Positions 37,709 through 50,304 of a stretch of DNA of 64,000 bases are shown here, one piece after another. Source of the stretch: Sphaerodactylus townsendi. Its lineage: Eukaryota. The stretch is from positions 104,904,001 to 104,968,000 of the forward strand of contig NC_059430.1 of the NCBI RefSeq assembly GCF_021028975.2. The letters run 5' to 3'. A program made the position numbers and the translations under genes. The notes under the pieces are model-generated. The model was not told where the DNA came from. It did no database searches and saw only the letters and a list, made by a program, of their open reading frames with translations. Position 1 is the stretch's first letter. Each line of letters opens with the position of its first letter.

Positions 37709-38887
37709 TCTCTGGACCCTGATGGATCAGCATTGCTGATAACTATCTTCACAGTTTCAGAAGACCTTTCACTGAAACCAATAAGTTGTGGGGGGAAATA
37801 GATGTTGCTACACAAATATACTTGTACCTCCTGTTTGACAAGACATTCTTTGCTCCGCTACTTCTCAAACTGCACTGAACCTCAGCTGAGTCTGAATGGC
37901 ACTACGGCTGAACCACATGAGTAGGAGCCAACATGGTGCAGTGGTTAGAGAGTTAGACTAGGGCTGGTTAAATGTAGATTTGAAACTCTGCCATAGAAGC
38001 TCTTTTGGGTGACCATGGGCCATTAACATCCCCAGTCTAACAAACTAAGTGCTGTGAAGGTAAAAAGAATCCGGGGATTTCCTCATGGAAAAGGATAAAA
38101 TGAAAATGTGGTTGGTGAGGCAGCAGTGAGAATTTCCTGTGACCTGTATGGCAAGTCTATTTCTGTAATACCAATTTCCCTAAAACTGTGCCCCCATATT
38201 AGCAATCCCATTGCGTAACTTTTCTCATGTACCCCCTAACACTCTGGCACATGCCCCAGGTTGGGAACCACTGTTTTAGAGGAACAAAATGCTAACTCCT
38301 GTGGCTCTACTCCACTCTTTGGGCATGCCCAGTTCTAACCGTTGCCTGGTATATTTTGCTCCCACCTTTCCTTGCAGTTCCTCCCTCCCCATACAGTGCT
38401 GTGAGATAGGTCCGATATAGACACAGTGAGTTGGGTATCTGAGCTCATCACTGTTTGTCTATTCGTCTTGCTATTATCACAGGCTGTTTGTGGAATCTGA
38501 CTATGATCTGGGAATCTAGAGTTCAAATCCCTGTTGTGCCATGATCTTAAAGTCAGTTGCACTCAGCCTATCCTACTTCATGGGGTTGTTGGGAGGATAT
38601 AATAGGGGGAGGAGTTTGTAAACTGCTTTGTGATCCCCATTGAGCCAAAAGATTCCTTGAGTGTTTGTTTGGTGACAAGCTTCTTTTCTCCTTTCTAGCA
38701 GAGGCCTGTTTCCCCCACTTGGACTTTATTATGTCTCAGCTGACCACTTCAGCAAAGTAAGACAAAGCTCCCAGCAATGTTTTGTTAGCTTGTCTGTGGG
38801 TTAATCTGGATTGGACAGCATGTCAACAGCTGCTCTGTCCATATTGAAAACACCTGGATGGCGTTCAGACACAAAGCCACCTCTGCC

Positions 38888-38956
38888 CTTGTCTGTGATG
38901 ACTTGTTTCTTATGGTGACTGCTGGATGAATCCTGCGGATATGGGGCTGAGACAAG
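38888..38956 (+). ncRNA. SNORD99: C/D snoRNA SNORD99
   Basis: Terminal stem CTTGTC/GACAAG; box C GTGATGA at 38895-38901; box D CTGA at 38947-38950. The guide CTGCGGATATGGG is complementary to 28S rRNA CCCAUAUCCGCAG. Confidence 0.9.
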
Positions 38957-40347
38957 GCAGTGGGTGAGGGGAGTTCCCAAAGGGGACTTTTGGCAAGGTT
39001 GCTCTTTAAAGGTTGCAAATGACATGTTGGGAAAATGGCACACGAAGCAGTATATGAAAGGTGATTGCTTGGCAGAGATTTATGAGCTCCTCAGATTACT
39101 TTGTAGGGTTTAATTTTGCAGTGCAGTTTTCCAGGTGACAGGAGAAGAATAACAGGATGGGGCAGTAATTGTTCCTTACCCATCCAGTAAGCACTGCTAG
39201 CCGACATATGATTTAAACCAGGGTTGGTGCTGTAAGAGCCCTGCTAGATAAGACCAGTGGTGCATTTAGTCCGGCATCTAGTCTGCTTCACACATTGGCC
39301 AACTGGTTCCCCTGTAGGGCAACAGTTGGAACATAAAGGCCAAGGCCGTTCCCTGAAGTTACTTCTTAGTCCTGGTATTCAGAGAATAACTGGCTCTGAA
39401 CTGGAGATCCCTTTTAGCCATCTTGACAACCATGAATCTAATTCACTTTTAAACCATCCAGTATGGTACTCTGTATCCTCTGCTTGGAAATTTGCATAGT
39501 GTTTAGCCTGGAAGTCTTTCAGAATTGACCACAATAAGCCATTAATAATTTAGACCATGGTAAATGCTGCAGGAGAATAATGTACTGTTGAGATGGTGCT
39601 TTAGTGCTGTTACATTCTGATCTATGGAGTACAGATAATGGCAAATGGTGACAAAATTAATACATGCTTGTTTTTCTCTAGGATTTCAGAGGGTCTTCAG
39701 GAGTCCGGGCTGTCCACGAAGAACCTTCAGGGGTGCTATGTACAGTTTTTACAATTGATTTTAGAGCTTATGCAAGGAATATGAAATTAAAGGATTTTCA
39801 CTGTTTTCCTGTCTGCATTGTTTATCTTGCTACCTCCAACAACACTTGAGTATAAATGTGTATATCTTAATAATATGTGTAAGCAGCTCTGAGGCTGGAA
39901 AGAACAGAGCAGTAAATTTAATACAATAAAAATAATAAATAAAAAGTCCCGTTCTCATGCAATCTGAAAATTTGATCCTAGAATATCAGCTGTCTGGCAG
40001 TAGGACTGGCTTTCTTTCTATACAAAAATCCCAACAGGCCCCTTTCTGGAGCTAAGTGGTCTCACAATTTTCTATTTTAAGAGAAATTTTAACCATCTTA
40101 CGAAGCAGACTGCTCATGGGGGAGCTTGGAATAAGGGGAATAGGTGTGTGATGTTTTGATCTGTTCTGTTAAATCCGGGGTCCGCAGCCTTTTTGAGTGT
40201 GTGGGCACCTTTGGAATTTTGACACAGGGTGGTGTGCGCCACCCCAAAATGGAAGCTGCAGGAGATGGAGTCAAATCCAGAGGAAGTCCAAGTGCAGGGG
40301 TGAAGAGGGGTAATTTTAAAAATACACTGGGAAAGTGGATGAGAGCA

Positions 40348-40600
40348 GAAGAATTTGGATTTATATCTGTCTTCCTCTCCTGTAAGGAGACTCAATAACT
40401 CCTTTTCCTTCCTCTCCCCACAACAGACACCTTGTGAGGTAGGAGGGGCTGAAAGAGTTCTGAGATAACTGACTAGGCAGAGGTCACCCCCGCAGGCTTC
40501 ATGTGTAGGAGTGAGGAAACCAGTTCACCAAATCAGCAGCTCATGTGGAGGGGTGGGGAATCAAACTTGGTTCACCAGAGTCCACTGCTCTTAATCACTA
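40348..40600 (-). mobile_element. Squam3-type SINE, diverged
   Basis: Similar to the copies at ~8050, ~26270 and ~50305. Confidence 0.6.
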
Positions 40601-41589
40601 CTCCACAAACTTTGCTGGCAACTACCACGGAAACATTTTAATCTGCATAGCCAATTGGATCTTGAGTGGCTAGTCAGAAGCCCTGCTGGGTAAGAGATCC
40701 ATCCACACTCTAAAAATGTTGTCAGCACCGTGGTACTCATAGCCACCACACTGGGAACCCGTGTGAAGATTATTAAAGTGCAATACTGACAGTAAAAATT
40801 GCACTCTCGCAAGCAGCAGCATTGGAAGCTGAAGTGAGACGGAGGGGTTAAGAGGGCTGGGCCTGCTTCTTAAGAGGCTTTCTTCCACCTTACTGGAGCC
40901 AGAGGTGTTTCAAAAGGCCCAGGAGGCATCACCTTCATATCTGCAGAGGTACTCATTTGGTATAGCTGCCTCCATGATGGGAGGATGCTTGCATTGTATA
41001 CGAATATTCCGTGACAGGTGCCTCAGCCTTTATGGCAGTCATTTTGTTGTTGGCTGTGAGGCTCAGTGGGTGATTTGGGCCAGTCACAATTTTTTCTCCC
41101 TGTTTAACCTAACAGGCTTGTGAGGAAAAATAGAAGGGAGAAGCATGTTGCCCTGAGCATGGAGGAGGCAAAATGCTTTCTTGCTGAAGGAATGGGTCCT
41201 TTTTAAACATGGGATGCTGAACCTCAATGGCTCATGTCTTGTGTCTCTTGGTGGCAAAGTAGGTGGCTGTAGGCTGCTCTTAAGCAGTAATAACTTACCT
41301 CCTCCCCAAACTAGCCAGCAACTGCATATGTGAAAACTCTTGAAGCAGCTAATAAGTGGGTTCTGGCTTTTCACTCCAATCGGTACAGTCCCAGTGAGGG
41401 AGGAATAGCCTTTTCTCTGTGCTTTCCATGCGTGAAGCTTCTATCAGATTACTTACATGCTTGAATTGGCAGAACAATTACATAGATGCTATCAAGCTTC
41501 CTCACCTGCATGTTTGTGCCTGCTAATCTGCACTAAAAAAAATATACAAATAGCAAAGATTGAGCAGAATGGGAGTCTATCAGCTAAGG

Positions 41590-41755
41590 CAGAGTTCTCA
41601 ACCCGGGGGTCGAATGACCCTTTCACAGGGGTCACCTAAGGCTCTCTGCATCAGTGTTCTCCATCTGTAAAATGGATAAATGTTAGGGTTGGGGGCACCA
41701 CAACATGAGGAACTGTATTAAAGGGTCGCAGCATTAGGAAGGTTGAGAACCACTG
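41590..41755 (+). mobile_element. Non-autonomous SPIN (hAT-Charlie, URR1-like)
   Basis: GGGGGTCGAATGACCCTTTCACAGGGGTCACCTAAG and CACAACATGAGGAACTGTATTAAAGGGTCGCAGCATTAGGAAGGTTGAGAACCACTG match SPIN ends as I recall them. TSD AGCTAAGG/AGCTAAGA. Confidence 0.85.
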
Positions 41756-42101
41756 AGCTAAGAGGTCATTGCAGTGTTTTTAGCTGTTCATTTTCCAGGG
41801 AGCACAGAGGAATTTTCTTCTCAACATCTTTGTGTGGTTGGTTAGGCTGAGCAGCGTGTGATCGGCCTAGAGGCCTGCTATGTTTTACAGTGAATGGCGA
41901 TTTGATCACAACGGGTAACTGTGTTCAGTTCTGGGCACTGCAATTCAAGAAGGATATTGACAGGCTGGGCCGGGTCCAGAGGAGGGCAACCAAAATGGTA
42001 AAAGGTCTGGAATCCATGCCCTATGAGGAGAGACCTAGGGAGCTGGGGATGTTTGGTTTGGCAAAAAGGTTAAAGGGCGACATGATAGCCAAGTTTAAAT
42101 A

Positions 42102-42436
42102 TAGAATAGAATCTTTATTGGCCAAGTGTGATTGGACACACAAGGAATTTGTCTCCGGTGCATATGCTCTCAGTGTACATAAAAGAAAAATACATTTGTC
42201 AAGAATCATAAGGTACAGCACTTAATGATTGTCATATAGGTCTAGTAAGCAATCAGGAAACAATCAATAGTAATAAAAACATAAAATGTAAAATCATAAA
42301 ATAAAATAAAATGTCAGCACAGGCTATAGTCATACAGTCATAAGTGAGAGGAGATGGGTAATAGGAATGATGAAAAAAGTAGTGCAGTAATTATATAATA
42401 AGTATATAATACAAGTATATAATATATATACAAATA
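42102..42436 (-). mobile_element. LINE 3' end, probably Rex1/Babar-like
   Basis: (AGAAT)n followed by CTTTATTGGCCAAGTGTGATTGGACACACAAGGAATTTG. AAATAT is duplicated at the junctions with the CR1. Confidence 0.55.
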
Positions 42437-42692
42437 TATTTGATGGGATGTCATGTTGAAGAGGGAGCAAGCTTGTTTTCTGCTGCTTCGGAGACTAGGA
42501 CAAGGAGTAATGGGTTCAAGGTGCTGGAAAAGAGATTCCATCTAAATGTTAGGAGGAACTTCCTGAAAGTTAGGGCTGTTCAACAGTGGCACTTCCTCGG
42601 AGTGTAGTGGAGTCTGGAGGTTTCTAAACAGAGGCTGGATGGCCATCTGTCGGGTGCGTCGATTGTCTGTTTCTGCATGGTAGAGGGCTGGC

Positions 42693-43272
42693 CAGTGGTG
42701 GGATCCAAAAATTTTAGTAACAGGTTCCCATGGTGGTGGGATTCAAACAGTGGCGTAGCGCCAATGGGGCTGGGCGGGGCACGGTGGGGGCATGGCCAGG
42801 CATTTCAGGGGCGAGGTATTAATAATTTCTGTTACTGTAAAAAACTCTTACTGTAAAAAAAAAGTTCCTAATTTCCAGCTGGTATCTTTCTGCCCATAAT
42901 TTAAACTCATTATAGCAAGTCCTATTGTCTACTGCCAACAGAAACTACTACTACTCCTCTAATTGACTGCCTGTCAAATACTTTCAAATACTTGATTTTG
43001 TTTCTAGAAATCAAAAAAAGGATACTTTCCTTAAACAAGGAACTTTACCATATTTCTGAAACATGTTTTTAAAACAGCCCAACAGGGAGAATTATCCCGT
43101 TTTCTACCTTTGCTAACCAGCTACATAGGAAACAACAGGACTTTATGATTTTTGGACCTAATGGAATTTCTAACGGAAAAGCAGACCCAATTAGTAACCC
43201 CCTCTCGGCACGCACAAATAATTAGTAACCCACTCTCGGGAACTGGTGAGAACCTACTGGATCCCACCTCTG
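42693..43272. mobile_element. Non-autonomous hAT (580 bp) with TIRs like the large element's
   Basis: TIRs CAGTGGTGGGATCC / GGATCCCACCTCTG. Perfect TSD GGGCTGGC (42685-42692, 43273-43280). Confidence 0.88.
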
Positions 43273-44735
43273 GGGCTGGCCTTGATAGCCCTTGTGGTCT
43301 TTTTCAATTCTATGAGAAACCAACATGATTTGTCCCAGCCTAAACTTTGGTGAGTCAGTTCATTTAATCAAGGTCATATACATCTATTAGACCTGTGTCT
43401 GTTCATTTTTCTTACCAACGGGGATACATTATTCTCCCCTTCTCCATTTTATCCTCACAGCAAACCTGTGAGGTGGGTTAGGCAGAGAATGTGATGGGTC
43501 CAAGGCCACCCAGAGAGCTTCCATGGCAGAGAGGAAATTTGAACCTGGGTCTCCCAGATTCTAGTCCAGCACTCTGACCATCAGTCTCTTTCCTTGTTGT
43601 TTTGACATGTTTAAAGGGAGGAACTGAAGGAAATGTGTGATTTTTTTAAAAAAACCTTCACGAAATTGGGTTATCTCTTAACTATCTGGCTGTTTATGAG
43701 CGGGTGAGGGCATAGAAGGAAGTTTTGTAATTGCCTCAGGTCACATGCAGGCCCATCCATGTGGGGGTTGGAAGGGTGATTAGATAAGGCCTAAAGGTCG
43801 CTGTGAGGAGACAACCAGGCTACTAGATTTGACATATTGCAGTTTGCTGCCACAGTTCTTCTAAACCTGTTATTTAACATGTTAAGCATTATCAAGCACA
43901 TGCTCCTAATGCATGTTCTTAACGAACATAATAAAATGCAATAGTAGAAGTAGTGAGGGCCAAAAGCACAGTGGCTCTGAGCCATTAATGGAGAAGTACA
44001 AAAATGGCTTCTAGACAGGGTGACCTTGTCCAGAGGTCGTCATCCTCTGAATACCAAAGTTAAGAAGCAACTACAGGAAGGCCCTGGCCTCTCTGTCCTG
44101 TCTGTGGTCCTCCTGGGCAACTGATTGACTGCAGTGCCAAACAGGATTCTGGACTTCACAGAACACTGGTCTGATCCAGCAGGGCTTTTCCGGACCCATT
44201 AGGGTTTTGCAGTACAAAGCTGCATGCCTGCATTAATCTATTCCAGACTAAATGTGAACTGAACAAATGATTTAAATTATAAGGTGATCAGGCAGCGGTG
44301 GATTTAAACATTGGCGCCTGTGCAATTGACTCTTGAGGATGATGAATTGAGTAGTGTAGCAGGAGCTAGCTTGCAAAAAAAAAATCCCAAACCAACAGAA
44401 TGGTTTTTTGGTGACATTTTAGCTGACTCTCCTTAAAAATGCAGTTGTTTGGGAAACTGATCTAATGAGCTAAAGTGACCCCTCCTTGATTTTGCATCTG
44501 TCCTGTCCTTCCCACCTCCTATACCTCTGTGTGCTATCAAACATCTGATACAGAGGCTCATTAGCAAAGCAAAACAGTAGAAGGGTGTGTCGTGGGTGGG
44601 GCAGAGGGTCTCATCTCCCTTTGCCCTGGTGGGCTATTAGTTTGAGGGTGGAGACCTGATCCGGTCAAAGATCTCCTGCCAGAGCTCAGCCCAAAAGCTG
44701 TGTGCTGTCTGTCTGCTGGGTGGTAGCCTCACGCA

Positions 44736-47508
44736 ATGGCTCTGTCTCCTGCTATGGATGCATCTCTTGACAAGGAGGCTGCCCTTCGGACGGCTCCAGC
44801 GTGCAATCTGAATGGGAACTGGCACTACCAATTCCGTGTCCTTTTGTTGGGTGATTCCACTGTGGGGAAAACCTCTCTGCTGAGGAGCTACACTGAGAGG
44901 TGCTTCGTGCCGGATCCATTCCCCACTGTAGGTGTGGAGTTCTACAGCAAGGTTATGGAGCTGCCGCCAGGCATCAAGGTGAAGCTTCAGCTGTGGGACA
45001 CAGCTGGTCAAGAAAGGTTCAGGTAAGAAGGGGCATCCCCCACCCTCCAAACACCAGAAATAGAGATACTGCTGCAACAGGAGTTCTGGATTATTTTCCT
45101 TTACCATGCCTCCTTTCAGGGCTTCACCCCCTAGGGTTACCAGTCTCCAGGTTGGTAATTACAACTGATTTCCAGACTACAGGGATCAGTTCCTGCAGAG
45201 GAAACAACTGTCTTTATGCACCACAGCCACACTGTGCTCTCTGAGACACTACCACCGAATCTCCAGAATTTCCTAAATATCAATCCCTCTCCCCACCCCC
45301 TGAACTGAAGAGTAGAAATCCATCATCACTCCCCACAGGGTCTACCCAGCCGGAGGATACTTGGGCACTTCCTCTCTATATTAAAATCGGTCCTTTAATT
45401 CCATCCAGGTCAGTGAAATCACAGGAATTCTAAGTGGCTGCCTTGCCCCTCCTTTTACGCAAGCTATTCCCCCCCCCCTTCTAATTTACATGCCCTGCTT
45501 GCTGACAAACTTTATTTTATTTTTAAGTTTTTTATCTGTTATAGTTAGCTCTTTAATATTAATTGTTCTTTAAACTCATCCTTTTGTCTGTTTAACGATA
45601 TCAGGACAGTATGTGGGGTTACTGCATTTCACCCTCAAGGGTGTAGGCAAAGTTGTAGTGAGCAGAGTTTATATCCTTTTAAATTAATTGAAGTCAAGAT
45701 TTTTCCTCTGTTTAGGATTACTGTAGTTAGTCAAAAAGAAGACAACCCTGAATGCAAGACGACTCCCTTAAAAAAGTCATATACAGAAAAAAACATTGTT
45801 GGATATAATTGTAATTTGCATGCAAATGTAAGATGACCCCCTCCTTTTTTGATTGTATGCCTGTGGTCAAAAGCTAGTCTTGCATTTCAGTAATTCACCT
45901 TGAGTCCCAGTGAGAAAGGCCATGTGTAAGTAACGTAGATAAAATAAATACTGTCATTTACTTATATACTGCTTTAAAAATCTCAAGATGATTTTACAAT
46001 GCAATAAAGTATAAAATTAATAAAAGGTAATATACAATATTGTGCAGATTCAGCTGGGTAGAGAGAGAAGGTTAATTGGTTTTGGTTTCTTGTCTTTCTT
46101 TTTAAAAATGACCTGGGAAACGGAGTTCAATGGCACAACCTCTGACATGCTGGTAATGATGGAGAATTGACATCATAATATATGTTTGGAACATGCATGG
46201 TTAGTTTTAAGTATCTCAACAGGAAGCTTTTGTTCTTTCAGGTAGCCCTTACTTTATGCAGACAAAGGCTGGGGTGGGGTGCAGCATGATGTATACCTCC
46301 CGGCATGTGTCTTTCAAATGCAGAAATTTAGATTAGGAATCGACTGCCTTCTTTCCTCTGATTACATTTACTTTTGCTTTTGAACTAGAATCCACCCACT
46401 CTACTGCTGTAATGCAACTAGATTTGAGTTCAGTAGCACATTTGAAACCAACAAGATTTTCTAGGTATAAATTTTCAAGAATCAAAGTTCCCTTTGTCAG
46501 ATGAAAACATATACCCCAAAAGGGGTATACGGTGCTCTAAAGAGCCACCAGACTCAAATCTACTTGTTCTACCACAGACCTCCAAAACTGTACTGCAAGC
46601 ATCATCTCTTATAGTCAAGGTTTCTTAACTGGTAAAGTCAGGGTTGGAATTCTAACTCAGAAAAAAGGACAGGCTGCCACAGACTGTGCCACGAACAAGG
46701 GCCACTACCACTATCAATCTGCCCCAATCCAGACTGCCATAAATGCAAAATGGGAATATTTGCAGAACCAATAACTCTGTTATAAAAAAAATTCAACTAG
46801 ATTTACTTTTCTAAAAATGCTGTTTACATACTGCTGCTTCAAAAGGAGGTCCTTGCTGGATCACACTCAGACTCTTCTAATCCAGCATTTCTTGTCCCAG
46901 GGGCCTAGATGGCCATTTGGAACTTGGCCTGATACTGATCTCCCCACTCCTGCTTCAAACATGCTCATGACTGCAATCTTGTAGCATGCTATAAACGAGA
47001 TGCCATCAGTGGCCAAAGGTCAGTCAGGTGGCAACACCTCAAATCAGGCATGAGGAGGACCCTTTAACGGTACAGCACGAGGAGGCAAAGTTATTTATTC
47101 TTGAGTTATTTAATTTACTTTTTTCATACCCCACTTTTTTCCACAGTGGGGACTCAAAGTGGCGTACCTCATTCTCTTGGCCTCCATTTTATCCTCATAA
47201 CAACCCTGTGAGGTAAATTGGCTGAGAATCTAACTGGCCCAAGGTCACCCAGCAAGGTCAACAGAATGGAGATTTGAACTTGGGTCCCCTACATCCTAGT
47301 CTCACACTAACCACTACACCACAATGACTCGTGTCACTAGTCTTTAAAGGAGCAAGCTCGCCAAACTTCTCACTAAATGGCTGGTTTTTAACTGCCCTCA
47401 AGGAAATGAATTGAATGCCTGATAACCTTTAGCTTATTCACTGGTTTAAATATGGGGTTGGTATTAAGGACATAGTCTGACCAGAGGTGTGAAATCAATT
47501 TTGTGGAA

Positions 47509-47566
<58 letters not shown>

Positions 47567-48612
47567 GGGGGGGGGGGGGGCATCACCCTGCAAGGACTCC
47601 ATGGAGTATGCAGGGCTGGAAGACTTCCACCTATCACATTCTTATCTCACTCTTCCTACAAAGAGCTCAGGGCAGCATGCATTTTTCCTCCCCTCCCTCT
47701 TTTATAATCACAACAACCTTATGTAGATTAGTCCAAGAGTTCCTGGCCTAAGGTTATTTAGTGAGTGCCATGGCAGAATGGAGATGAGAACCCAGCTCTC
47801 TCCAGTCTGACCCATTACGTGCTGTGTCAAATTCCTTTCCCACTAAATGTTATATGCTCCACTGCACAGAGAAACTAGAGAGGAAATGGCAGTTTTGCAA
47901 TGACTGAAATACAAATGTCTGCTATGGCCCATGGCTGCCCTTGCTCAGTGCCAATGGCTTCTGAACATAGTGAGAGCATTTCCCCAAGAATCTCATCAGC
48001 AAGCTTAGGGGTGTTCTACTTTTGAATAAAATGCATCCAAGTACTAGATTCACATCTGGAAGGCAAGAAGCCATGTGGAGAATGTCTAGAGATGGGCATT
48101 TCATATTAGGATGAATGGCATAAGCAAAGGTCTCACATAATTTCACAAAAGTCTGATGAGCTGTTTTCATTTATGTCGCTAGATCCATCACCAGGTCTTG
48201 CTATCGTAATGTGGTGGGCGTGTTCTTGGTCTTCGATATGACCAACCGAAGTTCCTTTGAGAACATCTTTGAGTGGCACAACGAAGTGACAACTGCCCAG
48301 GTAATGGACAAAGTAATTTTCCTTCTGATTGGCCACAAAAGTGACCTCCAGTCAGAGTACAGAGTCTCCACTGAGGAAGCCGAAGGGATGGCCACTTGTC
48401 TGGGAACGCGCTTCATTGGAACCTCAGCGAAGGACAACACCAACGTGGATCTGGCTTTTGACACCATGACCAATGCTATTTATGAGGCTCTGAGAAGCAA
48501 AGAAATTGACTTGCTGGAAGGATGGGATGGCGTCAAGGTCATTCATAAAAAGCCTTCCAGCAGTCACCAGAGGAAGAAGAAGAAGAAGCCAGAAGATAAA
48601 TGTTGGTGTTAA
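44736..48612 (+). CDS. RAB42: Ras-related protein Rab-42; exons 44736-45022 and 48183-48612, 238 aa (232 aa from ATG 44754)
   Basis: GDSTVGKT, PTVGVEF, WDTAGQE, GHKSD, TSAK and C-terminal CWC. RAB42-type segments RNVVGVFLVFD, DKVIFLLIGHKSDLQS and NVDLAFDT. Phase-2 GT-AG intron. Linked to SNHG12. Confidence 0.88.
47511..47580. repeat. (CT)n microsatellite followed by a poly-G run
   Basis: About 26 CT units, then a G run of ~16. Confidence 0.95.
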
Positions 48613-50304
48613 TGAGGGTAAAGACTGGGATATGATTGGGAGAAATGGTCCATTTTGAAGCCCAGTTACCTCAGAATTTTTCTACATCCCAGTGCCTGTC
48701 AGATCCTGACAAATTTTCTGTGTCTCCAGGAGCAAGCCCAAAAATTAAGCAGCTGGACTAAATTTCAGTTTTCAGGGGTTTGCATTTTAATGACTGTATT
48801 TTCTAATTTTTGTTACTATAAAATCTGATCCTAACCTTTTCAGTTTCTCATGATGTCATTAAAACTATTGCACAATTGTATAAATAAATATCGGGGAACC
48901 ATTTTTGTCATCACTACAACACAAAGTTTACATCTAAACCTAACCCAACTTCTCCCCAATTTCTCTTAACTTCACTAATATTTTAAAAATCTGTTTCATT
49001 GAATTTTGGAACCCATTTAGAAAGCAACTGGTTAAGAAATGTATTAATCTACCACCATCTGAATGATGTAAAGTTAACATATAAACAAGCAATGACAAGA
49101 ACGTCATGCACATGTATTTTCAGATCATGCAGTAAAACCTTTTTTTGAAGTGAAATGGTAATATTACTCTTCTATGGAGGATCACTGAAAGACACTATGC
49201 TAAAATTGTGTTAGTGTTACCAGGTCCATCCTGACAACCTGGGACAGGGACATGAGGGTGACAGAGTTACATCAGTTGCAGGAAAACCTCAGACATCACA
49301 CCTCTCTATGAATTGTCAGAAACTGTATGGTAAAACAACTACATTTTTTAAATTCCTGGAGTGGCCTGATATCACTTCTGGGTTTCCCCCAGATCTGATA
49401 TCACACTGTCAGCCAGGCAGCCATTTTAAAAATAATTTTTCCACACTGCCACACTAAGAGGGGATTGACAATTCTATAGCACAGTGATATTTCTAAGTGC
49501 CATGGCGACCTGCTGCCTGGGATTTGTCAAGTCCTGCCTGAGCTAATAATCTACAGAAAGTGAACTGACTTAGACAGCCTAATGACCCTCATACAACTGT
49601 CGTTCACCGCCTGGCCAACTTGACCCTGAGGGAGTGAAGTAATGAGAATGGTTGCTGTATGGGTCTGAGGACTGACAGGGTGGCCCCAAATGATACGGGG
49701 ATGCCATAGTAGAAACAAAAGATCCTGAGGAAGAATATTTTGGAAATGGCAGTTGTACTACATTTGTAAAATGTCCTGCAGTTCAAAGAGTTTCATAGCT
49801 GAAGGATGATGGGTAAATATCCTAGAATACCAGTGAAAATGGACTCTGGTGACGGATCCCTGCCACACCTAACATTGGGAAGTGTTCACCATGTAGATCA
49901 GGGCCTTCTCTTTGTGAGACTCCCCATCTTCCTGCACAAACATAGCAAAAAGTAAGGTGCCACGGTTTCTGGTGATAAATCCTGGTGTCCATTTGCTTCT
50001 TCCCCAAAGCAAATAGCTGTCCTGAATTAAAGTTAACATGTTTGGTGAGGTGATGGGCAGGCTTAATACGCCGTCCCCAAGAGGGCATTGGTCCATTCCA
50101 CACAGATAAGCAATCTCGAGTGGGTGCAGGAGGTGGTCGCTTTATGCTTTTCAATGGACTGCAAACCAATTTTCCAAGCAACTAAGATTCTCTTGTGCCC
50201 GTCTGTGTAGTTACGGTTAGCTCCTCAAAAATACAAAAGGAAAACTATATATTGCTGGAATTGGCAGGAGTACAGCTATGTACTTTTGGGGCTGAAAAGA
50301 AGAA

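Larger units (their letters stand above)
27697..39960 (+). ncRNA. SNHG12: snoRNA host gene (SNHG12 ortholog), non-coding 5'TOP lncRNA
   Basis: 5'TOP exon 1 (~27697-27731) and four intronic snoRNAs in the order SNORA16-SNORA44-SNORA61-SNORD99, next to RAB42. Candidate exons 33704-33859, 35703-35769, 37043-37145, 38699-38756, and a terminal exon from 39682 with AATAAA at ~39925-39944. Internal exon boundaries are tentative. Confidence 0.8.
41915..43313 (+). mobile_element. CR1 3' fragment interrupted by two younger insertions
   Basis: [38 protein letters not shown] (CR1 RT C-terminus). Resumes at ~42437 and ~43281, ending TTCAATTCTATGA. Confidence 0.8.
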
